From an uncultured Acidimicrobiales bacterium (GTDB lineage Bacteria; Actinomycetota; Acidimicrobiia; Acidimicrobiales; SHLQ01): DNA of 64,000 bases. A model generated the notes under the pieces. The model searched no databases and was not told where the DNA came from. It was given only the letters and a program-made list of their open reading frames with translations. The position numbers and the translations under genes were made by a program. The stretch is taken from NCBI GenBank assembly GCA_938015295.1, contig CALLQB010000031.1, positions 1 to 64,000 on the forward strand. Direction: 5' to 3'. Every line of letters begins with the position of its first letter. The first letter of the stretch is position 1. Of this stretch, positions 8,097 through 16,892 are shown piece by piece.

Positions 8097-9404
8097 CTAA
8101 TAGCTGAAGGGCCATCCCTTCCAATAGTTACGGATACGAACCCAAATGCCGTACAGACCTTGGGGTTCGAAGATCATAAAGACAACGATCAGCACGCCGA
8201 AGATCACGAAGTTCCACAGGAACACCGACATTGGCCAGCCGGGCGCCGCCGGGGTGAGCGAAATCGGGCCGAAATCGCCTGGTCCTTGGGTGAGTAGCAC
8301 ATCGGCAAACCAGCCAACCAAACCGCCGCCACCGACCTGATCGCCCAACCATTCGGTGAACTTTTTGACGACTTCCGGCGTGAGTTCGACAAAGATCAAA
8401 CCCAACATGGTGCCGGCGATAGTACCGGCGCCCCCAATGAGCAAGATGGCAATGAAGTCAACCGACAGGAACAGCGACCACTGGATCGGGGCAACCCGAC
8501 CGTTGTAGCTCGCAAAGAGTGCGCCGCCAATGCCCGCATAGAACGAGCTGATGGCGAAACCGATGAGCTTGTACTTGAACTCGGGAACACCCATAACCTC
8601 AGCGGCGATATCGCGGTCGCGAATGGCTTGCAGGGCGCGACCCGTGCGGCTTCGCACGATGTTCTTCGTGATAACGCCGAAGATCAGCAGCAAGGTAAAG
8701 AGGAAGAAGAACTGCTTTTGTTCTTCGGTGAGATGGATCAGTCCGAACCACTTGCCGTCGGAGGTCATATCGACCAGCGGCGTCTCCTCCTGCCAGAACT
8801 TAAACTGCAGCTTGGGCCACTTGCGGCCAGACTCGAAGTCGCCTGCGTACTCGGGAAGCATTCGTCCGAGGTGCAACCCGATGAAGATCAAGCCGATGGT
8901 CGCAATGGCGAGATACAAGCCACGAACCTTGACCGCTGCGGGCGACACCAAGATACCCATAAGGGTTGCGCCGATGCCGGCAGCAGGTAGCCAAATCCAC
9001 ATCGGCAAGCCCATGCCACACTGACCTGCTGTTTCGAGCAAGCCAACTTCGTCGTGGAACGGCACGCACGCCTTCCACCCACCGTCGCCGGTACCTCCAA
9101 GCGATACCGCAACGTAGGCGCCAACGCCCATGAAGAACGCATGGCCGATCGATACCTGGCCGGTAACGCCCACCAAGATCATGAAGCCGAGAGCCGCGAT
9201 GCCTAAGGGCAACATGTTGGTTATCGGGTTAATCCAAGTATTGCCAAGGAAAAAGCTTGGGATACCCGACAAGAACGGCGCACCCAAAGCAGCGAGGCCG
9301 AAGGTGAACACCAGCAAGAAAAACGCTACCCGCTGAAACCATGTGGGCAAGATGGCCGCATCTTGTTCGTACGCGGTGCGCAGGAGAGGTCGTCTATAAG
9401 CCAT
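8097..9404 (-). CDS. livM: Branched-chain-type ABC transporter permease, LivM type
   Basis: 435 aa polytopic membrane protein positioned between the LivH-type permease and the SBP. The sequence is typical of LivM (GQVSIGHAFFMGVGAY). Confidence 0.85.
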   Translation of the reverse strand: MAYRRPLLRTAYEQDAAILPTWFQRVAFFLLVFTFGLAALGAPFLSGIPSFFLGNTWINPITNMLPLGIAALGFMILVGVTGQVSIGHAFFMGVGAYVAVSLGGTGDGGWKACVPFHDEVGLLETAGQCGMGLPMWIWLPAAGIGATLMGILVSPAAVKVRGLYLAIATIGLIFIGLHLGRMLPEYAGDFESGRKWPKLQFKFWQEETPLVDMTSDGKWFGLIHLTEEQKQFFFLFTLLLIFGVITKNIVRSRTGRALQAIRDRDIAAEVMGVPEFKYKLIGFAISSFYAGIGGALFASYNGRVAPIQWSLFLSVDFIAILLIGGAGTIAGTMLGLIFVELTPEVVKKFTEWLGDQVGGGGLVGWFADVLLTQGPGDFGPISLTPAAPGWPMSVFLWNFVIFGVLIVVFMIFEPQGLYGIWVRIRNYWKGWPFSY

Positions 9405-9407
9405 GGG

Positions 9408-10412
9408 TCAGACCCTCCGGATCTCTGGTGTGCCGAACAGGCCGAAGGGTCTGACGACAAGAACGATAAGCATCACCACATACGGCACGATGGTTGAATA
9501 ACCAGGACCGAGGGTGCTGCCGTACTGCGAGAGATATTGGCCGGCGAAGACCTCGGCCAGTGCGATGGCGAATCCGCCGAACAACACGCCAAGGACCGAG
9601 TCGAGACCGCCGAGCACAATGACCGGGAGAACCCGGAACGCGAGGACCGGGTGAATCTCCTGGCTAACACTTCCGCCTGGAGGGAACGGCGCCATGCCGT
9701 ACGCGATGCCGGCAAGTGCCGCCAACGCAACACCCAGTGCCCAGGCAATCTGGAACACTCGCGCCACGTTGATGCCTTGGGCCATTGCCGCCTCTTGGTC
9801 GAACGCGACCGCTCGCATAGCTACACCGAAACGCGACCGGTAGAACACGATAACGATGGCACCGGCAATGAGCGCCATGATGATCGCTGCCACATACGAC
9901 TTGGGGACCAGCGCATCGCCGAGGCTCCAACTTTCTGCGCCCCACGGCACGCCCAGCGAGCGGCCTTCGAGCGCGGTGGCATCGATGTTGAACGGGCGGA
10001 TCGCGATTTCGACACCGAGGGTGATGACCGCCATAGCGAAGAGCGGTTGGCCGATCATGGGCCGAATAGCGAGGCGTTCGATGACCAGACCAAAGAGCGC
10101 AGCGAGCACCATGGTGATGGCAATCGTGAGGAGCCAAAGCGGGATCCCGGCGGTTTCACCATCGCCTGGTGCCAGCGGGTTGTCGAACGGCAGGAAGGGG
10201 ATTCCGCCATCGGCGATAAGAATCGACATGAACATGGCGCCGGCCATCGAGAGCGCACTGGCGGCGAAGTTCAACACCTGCGTGCCCTTGAAAATGATGA
10301 CGAAACCGAGGCCCATCATGATGTAGACCGAGCCCAAGGCAAGAGCCTTTATCAACGTTTGGATAAACGTTGTGGACGCGCTCGCCTGAGCGAGTAGTAA
10401 CAGGTCTTCCAT
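9408..10412 (-). CDS. livH: Branched-chain-type ABC transporter permease, LivH type
   Basis: 334 aa. GSVYIMMGLGFVIIFKGTQVLNFA is a typical LivH N-terminus. The start overlaps the stop of the upstream ligase gene. Confidence 0.85.
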   Translation of the reverse strand: MEDLLLLAQASASTTFIQTLIKALALGSVYIMMGLGFVIIFKGTQVLNFAASALSMAGAMFMSILIADGGIPFLPFDNPLAPGDGETAGIPLWLLTIAITMVLAALFGLVIERLAIRPMIGQPLFAMAVITLGVEIAIRPFNIDATALEGRSLGVPWGAESWSLGDALVPKSYVAAIIMALIAGAIVIVFYRSRFGVAMRAVAFDQEAAMAQGINVARVFQIAWALGVALAALAGIAYGMAPFPPGGSVSQEIHPVLAFRVLPVIVLGGLDSVLGVLFGGFAIALAEVFAGQYLSQYGSTLGPGYSTIVPYVVMLIVLVVRPFGLFGTPEIRRV

Positions 10413-12283
10413 TAGTACATCGACTCCACGAGTTCGCCGAAGTGATCGATCATGGCCGATCGCTTGAGTTTCTGCGTTGCGGTGAGCTCGCCGTCTTCGT
10501 GGTCGAGCTCTTTGGGAATGAGCCGGAACTTTTTGAGTCCCTCGACCCGGGCAAACTTTTCGTTGCAGTCATCGACGATTCCCTGCACAAGGGCGACGAC
10601 CTCTTCTTTGCCTGTGAGGTCGCGGTATGTGGTGTAGGAAAGATCTTGGCGTAGTGCCCAGTCGCCAACGGTGTCGAGTTCGATGCCGATGAGCGCAGTG
10701 AGGTATTTGCGACCGTCGCCGACCACCATGGCCTCTTTCACAAACGGCGAGGCTTTGAGCGTATTTTCGATCTCGCTTGGCGAAATGTTCTTTCCGCCCG
10801 AGGTGATGATGATGTCTTTCATCCGGTCGACAATTTTGACGTGGGTGCCATCGACCCATTCGCCGACGTCGCCGGTGCGAAGCCAACCATCGTCGGTCAT
10901 GGTTTCGGCGGTCTTTTCGGGCTTGTTCCAGTAGCCGGCAAATACGCCATCGTGCGCGGTTTGAATTTCGCCAGTCTCTTCATCGATACGAAGACCAATG
11001 CCGCTGTAGGCCTCGCCGACCGTGCCGAGCTTGAGGCGCCCGGGGAAGTTGCAGGTGGCGACCGCCGAGTTCTCGGTCATGCCGTACAACTCGTAGACCT
11101 CGATGCCGATGCCCATGAAGAACTCAAGCACCTCGGGGGCGATAGGCGCTGCGCCCGAAGCTGCCCGGCGGCAGTGACGGAGGCCGACCTTTTCTTGCAT
11201 CGCCCGAAAGATCAGCGGATAGAAGATGGCGTGGAGAAGTCGACTCTTGGCGGTGTGGTTGCCACCGTTGGCCACCTTGGCCTTGCCTATGGAGCTGGCC
11301 GCCTTCATGCCGGCATTAAGCCAGATTTTTTTGAACGGTGAGGAGTCGCCGCTGCGGATGATGAGGCCAGCGTGCAGGCGCTCCCAGATGCGCGGGACAG
11401 CAAAGAACAAGGTTGGCTGGATCTCGCGAAGGTTGGCGGGAACCGTTTCGATCGACTCAGCAAAGTTCAGCGTCGGCCCACCCGCCAGCATCGTCCAGGT
11501 CGAGAAGATTCGTTCTGCAACGTGGCAAAGAGGAAGATAGGTGAGGATCTGGTCGCTCTCGTTCGGCGCCTTGCCATCGGGGTACGCGTCTTGTTGTTCG
11601 ATAATCTTTTCCATCGCGAACAACGAGTTCTTGTTGGTGAGCATGGCGCCCTTGGGCGGACCGGTTGTTCCCGAGGTGTAGACCAACGTCATGACATCGC
11701 CGTCTTCGGCTTCAGCCATACGTTGGGCCACTGCGCCAGGATTGTTCTTACGGTGCTCGCGACCCAGGTCGAGGAAGTTGTCCCAAAAGAGCAGTCGCTT
11801 GTCGTCGGCGCCAGCGAAACCACGAGGTTCGACATAGATGATGGTCTGCATCGCCGAGATCTCGTTGGGGTCGATCTCGAAGACCTTGTCGACTTGTTCC
11901 TGGTCTTCGCCGAGATGAACTTTGGAGGCTGAGTCTTTGAGGAGGTACTCGACCTCGGCTGCAGGGTTCGTGGGGTAGAGGCCAACGGTTATGCCGCGAA
12001 CGGCGACGGTCGCCAGATCGAGAATGATCCACTCGGGCCGATCTTCGGCGTGGATGGAAACGCGGTCGCCGACGTCGATGCCAAGTGCCAGTAGGCCGTG
12101 TGCCGCGGTCTCGATGAGGTCCCAAGTCTCGGCCCAGTCGTATTCAAGCCAGATGCCAAAGTCCTTTTCGCGCATCGCAATATTTTTTGGCGAACGGTCG
12201 GCCCAGCCTTTGGCAAGCGATGCGACCGTGGCAGCACCCGAACCAACGCTCGGGGTACGGACTTGTTCTTCTGCGATCGACAT
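10412..12283 (-). CDS. AMP-dependent acyl-CoA synthetase/ligase (FadD-like long-chain type)
   Basis: 623 aa. It has the AMP-binding motif YTSGTTGPPKGAMLT, GYGMTE-like YELYGMTEN, and TGDVGEW...KIVDRMKDIIITSGGKNISP. It is the first gene of the transporter operon. Confidence 0.9.
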   Translation of the reverse strand: MSIAEEQVRTPSVGSGAATVASLAKGWADRSPKNIAMREKDFGIWLEYDWAETWDLIETAAHGLLALGIDVGDRVSIHAEDRPEWIILDLATVAVRGITVGLYPTNPAAEVEYLLKDSASKVHLGEDQEQVDKVFEIDPNEISAMQTIIYVEPRGFAGADDKRLLFWDNFLDLGREHRKNNPGAVAQRMAEAEDGDVMTLVYTSGTTGPPKGAMLTNKNSLFAMEKIIEQQDAYPDGKAPNESDQILTYLPLCHVAERIFSTWTMLAGGPTLNFAESIETVPANLREIQPTLFFAVPRIWERLHAGLIIRSGDSSPFKKIWLNAGMKAASSIGKAKVANGGNHTAKSRLLHAIFYPLIFRAMQEKVGLRHCRRAASGAAPIAPEVLEFFMGIGIEVYELYGMTENSAVATCNFPGRLKLGTVGEAYSGIGLRIDEETGEIQTAHDGVFAGYWNKPEKTAETMTDDGWLRTGDVGEWVDGTHVKIVDRMKDIIITSGGKNISPSEIENTLKASPFVKEAMVVGDGRKYLTALIGIELDTVGDWALRQDLSYTTYRDLTGKEEVVALVQGIVDDCNEKFARVEGLKKFRLIPKELDHEDGELTATQKLKRSAMIDHFGELVESMY

Positions 12284-12484
12284 TTTCCCCCTAGTAAACG
12301 AGCCACCCCGGCTCAGAATTCACATAACGTTTACACGTCGACACCGACCGTAGCCGGACCGGTGAGACATTAGCCACATCACCGGAAAAGAAACAAGGCT
12401 AGATAATCAAACCTTTGATGATCAAGGGCAACCATTTCGGATTTTGCCGAAACTGGGCGTCGGATTCCTTTGCCAAAACGGCTG

Positions 12485-13171
12485 CTACTCCGCCCTTTTT
12501 GCCACATGGGGCGTCATAATCGCGACAGGTAGCGAGATGCCGAGATCGCCGGTGCGAAGTGTCGCTATCCGGCGACCTCGCTGCACCGCAGCCTTCGGCG
12601 GGGAGACCAAATCACCGAGGAACTCAGCAGTGCCGTCAAGATCGTCGGCAGTAAAGGCCAAGCCCCAGAACGCCGCGGGTCCACTCCCCTGCTCGCCCAC
12701 CTCACCAATGAGTTCGATGATGACCGAACCAGCCCAGAAAAACGTTTGCTGGCGCTGCACGCCGGCAATCTCAAAGGTTCGCGTGCGACGCTCTTCGAAC
12801 CCTGCTTTGTTCAACGCAGCAATCGTGCGAGGCAAATTCGGCGTCGCAACAACAAGGTGGTCGATGCCGGTGACACCGTTCGGGTGCCCTAGGTCGTTCG
12901 CACCTTCGGCGCGTTGGCTGCCAGCGGGCTGCACAGAGCGACACGAAAGTCCGTCGACGTCGTTTGCGAGCCCGTCGATATCCCACGCAGCAATCCCAGA
13001 GGCATCGGCGTCATCGACAAGGTGAAGTCGAACTCCCGAAAGCACAACAGCATCGTCGACAATCGTGAATCCTGCCGCCTTCCAAGCCGACGGCGGGTCG
13101 GCGATCACGAGGCCAACAAGTTGACGATTTCTCGAATCCATCCACCACGTTCGACCAGGAGTCGGCCGCAA
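12485..13171 (-). CDS. VOC/glyoxalase-like domain protein
   Basis: 228 aa. GIDHLVVATPNLPRTIAALNKAGFE is a glyoxalase-fold N-terminal beta-alpha motif. An alternative start lies at 13141. Confidence 0.55.
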   Translation of the reverse strand: MRPTPGRTWWMDSRNRQLVGLVIADPPSAWKAAGFTIVDDAVVLSGVRLHLVDDADASGIAAWDIDGLANDVDGLSCRSVQPAGSQRAEGANDLGHPNGVTGIDHLVVATPNLPRTIAALNKAGFEERRTRTFEIAGVQRQQTFFWAGSVIIELIGEVGEQGSGPAAFWGLAFTADDLDGTAEFLGDLVSPPKAAVQRGRRIATLRTGDLGISLPVAIMTPHVAKRAE

Positions 13172-13194
13172 CGCAAAACAGCCTGACGACGCGG

Positions 13195-14508
13195 CTAGGA
13201 CACCTTGCGTAAAGGCGGCTGCTGGTGAGTCCCGTCAAGAAGATCCGTCACCAACGCAGCAACCGCACTTCTCTCCGACCGTTGAAGCGTGACATGGCCA
13301 AACAATCCGTGCCCCCTGAGTGCGGTCACCACCGACAAGATGCCGTCGTCTCGACCGACGCGAAGGTTGTCGCGCTGTGCAACATCGTGGGTCAATACCA
13401 CCTTGCTGCCCTCGCCAACCCGACTCAGCGCCGTGAGAAGCACGGACCGCTCAAGGTTCTGCGCCTCGTCGATGATGATAAAGCTGTCGGTCAGCGTCCG
13501 ACCTCTTATGTGGGTTAGGGGCAGAACCTCAATCAGATCGCGTTCTCGAATCTCGTCGATGACATTGGGCGACGCAATCGCATCAAGCGCATCGCCAACA
13601 GCGTCACCCCAAGGAGACATCTTCTCATCAGAATCTCCCGGCAGATAACCAAGATCCTGTCCACCGACCGCGTACAACGGCCGGAAGACAAGCACCCGCC
13701 GCTGAAGCTGTTGTTCGAGCACCGCGTCGAGCCCAGCGGCAATTGCAAGGATCGACTTACCGGTTCCGGCTTTGCCACCGAGACTCACGATACCAACCGA
13801 CGGGTCAGCCAGAAGTTCGAGCGCGAAGCGCTGCTCACTGCTGCGACCACGCACGCCGAATACTTCGCGCTCGGCGTGAATTTTCTGCGCCCATCCGTCG
13901 CTGCGAACTCGAGCGAGAGCCGATTGCGACGCGCCAGCCTCAAGAATGATGCCACCGTTGGTTGGATGCGGGCCGTCGAGTCGCACCTCTCCGTTTTCGT
14001 AGAGTTCATCGATGACATCAGAGGTAACCGCTACGCGCTCGACGCCGGTCCAGTCGGGTTCTCGAAGCACTTCGCCGCGGTACTCGTCGGTGTCGAGATC
14101 AAGCAACGACGCCTTGAGCCGCAGCGGCAGATCCTTTGAAAGCAACACCACATGGCGGCCCTCCATCGACAGCGCTTTCGCGACCGAAAGAATGCGAGAA
14201 TCGTTTGACCCATCGATCAACGACTCAGGCATTCCGGCACCGTCACGATGATTGAACTCGATGCGAACCGTGCCACCTTCGGCAGTGACGGGAGCTCCCT
14301 CAAGAAGGTTGCCGTCCTCGGTTCGAATCCGCTCCAACTCGCGCAGCACGGTACGCGCAGCCCAACCCAGCTCCGGGTGGTTTCGTTTCGCTTCGAGCTC
14401 GTTGATCACCACGATCGGCAGCACGACCTCGTGCCGCCCAAAGGCTCCGAGAGCGCCCGGTTCGGCAAGCAGAACTGAAGTGTCGAGCACAAATACAGAG
14501 ATGGTCAT
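13195..14508 (-). CDS. phoH2: PIN-domain plus PhoH-type ATPase (PhoH2/YlaK family)
   Basis: The ORF is trimmed to the ATG at 14508 (MTISVFVLDTSVLL is the PIN N-terminus). It has PhoH Walker A GKAGTGKS and IIIDEAQN. Confidence 0.88.
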   Translation of the reverse strand: MTISVFVLDTSVLLAEPGALGAFGRHEVVLPIVVINELEAKRNHPELGWAARTVLRELERIRTEDGNLLEGAPVTAEGGTVRIEFNHRDGAGMPESLIDGSNDSRILSVAKALSMEGRHVVLLSKDLPLRLKASLLDLDTDEYRGEVLREPDWTGVERVAVTSDVIDELYENGEVRLDGPHPTNGGIILEAGASQSALARVRSDGWAQKIHAEREVFGVRGRSSEQRFALELLADPSVGIVSLGGKAGTGKSILAIAAGLDAVLEQQLQRRVLVFRPLYAVGGQDLGYLPGDSDEKMSPWGDAVGDALDAIASPNVIDEIRERDLIEVLPLTHIRGRTLTDSFIIIDEAQNLERSVLLTALSRVGEGSKVVLTHDVAQRDNLRVGRDDGILSVVTALRGHGLFGHVTLQRSERSAVAALVTDLLDGTHQQPPLRKVS

Positions 14509-15024
14509 AAGCAAGAGTTTCCTGTTCCTAGTGTGAGCTCGTCGGTGATCAACATCGTAAAAACGACGATTGTCCGGCGCAGACCGGTCAGGTGAAGAGT
14601 TGGTGAACTGCCGCGCCAAGCGATCACGCTTACAGCGTCTTTACAACCGGTCGCACATACTCCGGTTACTGGTTCATACGACGAGAGGTCCATAGCGTCA
14701 GTGGGAATAGCGTCGACCTCCCACCGGTTGAACCTAAGAACGAATACTCAAAACAAGCAAAAATCAGAACGTTGCGGGGAGTACCCCTCACGATTGTGGT
14801 GTCGTCAACACGGGCTTGTAGCTCCGGCACCATGAGACCCATCAGGCCGGCTTCTGAGCATCTTCAACCCCTCCTGGAGATGCTCGAAGCGGGCCGATGA
14901 GGTCGGGAGAGACCGCACTAGGACTGTCGATAGGGGCTTTCGCACCATGCGAAAGCCCAACACGAAAGGCAGGACGGTGCGATCCACCTCCAACGACACA
15001 TTCTCCCTCGGACGAATACGAGGC

Positions 15025-15840
15025 ATGACCCTCGGGTTTCACTGGAGCCTGCTGGTCTTTGGCATCTTTGCGGCAACCAACATCGCCGGAGGCTTTCTGC
15101 CACAGCTGGTTCCGGGCTACGGGCCGACGGCCTACATCCTGGCCGCCACCGCGGCGGTGGTTGGGCTATTCATTTCTATCGGCCTGCACGAACTTGGTCA
15201 TGCGTTCGCGGCGCAGCGTGCGGGCGTGGAAGTCGACGGCATCACACTTTGGCTCTTGGGTGGAGTCGCACGGCTCAAATCCGAAGCGTCCTCCGCTGGC
15301 GACGCGTTTCGCATCGCCGCCGCCGGCCCCGCAGTAAGCCTCGCTTTGGCTGCAGGAGGAGCGCTTAGCGCCTTTGTCCTCAGCGCAGCGGGCACGTCGT
15401 CGCTGCTTGTGGCTCTGGCCGGCTACCTGGGCGTCGTCAACCTCGGCCTCGCCGTGTTCAACCTCATCCCAGCGTTACCACTCGACGGCGGCCGCATCCT
15501 CCAGTCGTACCTCTGGCACCGCGACGGCGACCGGCTCAACGCCACCATCTCGGCGGCGAAGATCGGCAACGGCCTCGGCTGGCTCGGCGTCGGTCTCGGC
15601 ATCGCCCAACTGCTCAGCGGCGTCGGCACCGGCCTCTGGACAATCCTGATCGGGTGGTTCGTGCTCAGTGGCGCAAGCCGCGAACGCCGAGCGGCCGAAC
15701 GTGAAAAGCGCCGCAAACAAAAGCCGACGTGGACGAGTTTCTTCGATCAGTTCGGCGGCGGCCCCGGCGGCGGCATGCCGCAGCGCCATCCTTGGCTCGG
15801 CGAACCGATACCAGTCAAGAGTTGGGAAGAGAAAAGCTGA
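15025..15840 (+). CDS. Site-2 protease family M50 metallopeptidase
   Basis: It has HELGHAF (HExxH) and NLIPALPLDGGRIL (NxxPxxxLDG) and is polytopic. I prefer the start at MTLGFHWSLL. Confidence 0.85.
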   Translation: MTLGFHWSLLVFGIFAATNIAGGFLPQLVPGYGPTAYILAATAAVVGLFISIGLHELGHAFAAQRAGVEVDGITLWLLGGVARLKSEASSAGDAFRIAAAGPAVSLALAAGGALSAFVLSAAGTSSLLVALAGYLGVVNLGLAVFNLIPALPLDGGRILQSYLWHRDGDRLNATISAAKIGNGLGWLGVGLGIAQLLSGVGTGLWTILIGWFVLSGASRERRAAEREKRRKQKPTWTSFFDQFGGGPGGGMPQRHPWLGEPIPVKSWEEKS

Positions 15841-15867
15841 GAAGATCAGCCTTCTCGCCGGCAACGA

Positions 15868-16233
15868 CTACTCGGCGTTGATCATGTGCGTGCTCGCCTG
15901 CGCAAAGTAGGCGAGCATCTCGGCTTCGAGGTCGGGCGCAAGATCGCCACCTTTCACTGCATCGACCATGTGACGCAGCCAGGCATCCTTCTCGGGTTCA
16001 CGAATCACAAAAGGCGCATGGCGCATGCGCAACCGCGGATGGCCACGGTCGTCGCTGTAGGTGCTCGGACCTCCCCAGTACTGCTGCAGAAACAGCACCA
16101 TGTGCAAACGCGACTCGGTGAGGTCTTCGGGATACAGCGGACGCAGCACAGGGTCGGTATCGACGGCGTCGTAGAACCTGTCGATCAGGCCTTCGAACCA
16201 GGGGGTGCCGCCCACCAATTCGAAGACTGACAC
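15868..16233 (-). CDS. glbO: Group II truncated haemoglobin
   Basis: 121 aa. FYDAV..DPVLRPLYPE......FL.QYWGGP..Y....GHPRLRMRH.PF is the trHbO signature. Confidence 0.88.
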   Translation of the reverse strand: MSVFELVGGTPWFEGLIDRFYDAVDTDPVLRPLYPEDLTESRLHMVLFLQQYWGGPSTYSDDRGHPRLRMRHAPFVIREPEKDAWLRHMVDAVKGGDLAPDLEAEMLAYFAQASTHMINAE

Positions 16234-16247
16234 GGATCGTGGCGTCT

Positions 16248-16865
16248 TCAGGGTCGCTCCCCGAATTCAGGACCCTCGGTGCGGGTGCGTTTCAGTTCCC
16301 AGAAACCCTCAACATCCATAAGCGCGTCGAGACCATCCCAGAGCTTCAGTGCGCTGTCGCCTTCGGGCACCCTGGTGATGACTGGGCCAAAGTACGCAAC
16401 CCGTTTCCCGACGCTGTTGATCTTGGCGATGATCGGTGTACCCACATCGTCGCCGGTGAGGCCCAGTCCATCGTCCATTGCGGCCTGGATTGCGGCATCG
16501 AAAGAGTCGTCGTCGACCGCCGCAGCGTGTACCGGATCGAGGCCCACAGACGTCAAAACGTCGGCCATCGAGAAATCAAGTTCGCGGTCGTGATGAATCC
16601 GAGCGCCGAGTTCGAAGTAGAGGTCCTTGATTGGTCCCTCACCTTCGGCGGCTCGCACCGACTCCATCACCCGCAACATATTGTGCGTTTTTTGTACCGG
16701 AGCGAAATAGTCGCTGTCGGGCTCGGGCTTGTTCTTCAACAACAAGCTGATCGATTTCCACGTGATGTGAAGATCGCGTTCTTCGGCGATATCGACGACC
16801 CACCTGGCCGTCACCCAGCACCACGGTCAAATGGGGTCAACCCAGAAATCAAGTTCAGTAGCCAT
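16248..16865 (-). CDS. DsbA-like / Rv2466c-type thiol oxidoreductase with an in-frame TGA at the first active-site position (candidate selenocysteine, UPWC); the alternative is a pseudogene
   Basis: The track ORF starts at the GTG at 16814 (MTARWVV...). Reading upstream in the same frame gives ATG(16865) GCT ACT GAA CTT GAT TTC TGG GTT GAC CCC ATT TGA(16829..16827) CCG TGG TGC TGG GTG, which translates as MATELDFWVDPI-*-PWCWV. From memory, Cys-containing homologues carry DFWFDPxCPWCW at this point. Confidence 0.6.
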
Positions 16866-16892
16866 CGCGCGATCTTACTTGCGACTCAGCGG

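Noticed and set aside
14846-14894. Calling this hairpin a bona fide 6C RNA gene.
   Set aside because: Only one C-rich loop is evident, whereas I recall 6C having two. I cannot run a covariance model, so it is kept as a finding and not as an annotated ncRNA.
16814-16829. Treating the DsbA-like gene as simply starting at the GTG at 16814.
   Set aside because: That product would lack the whole CxxC motif, while the upstream in-frame codons reproduce the family's conserved DFWxDP..PWCW context. The pseudogene alternative is retained in the finding.
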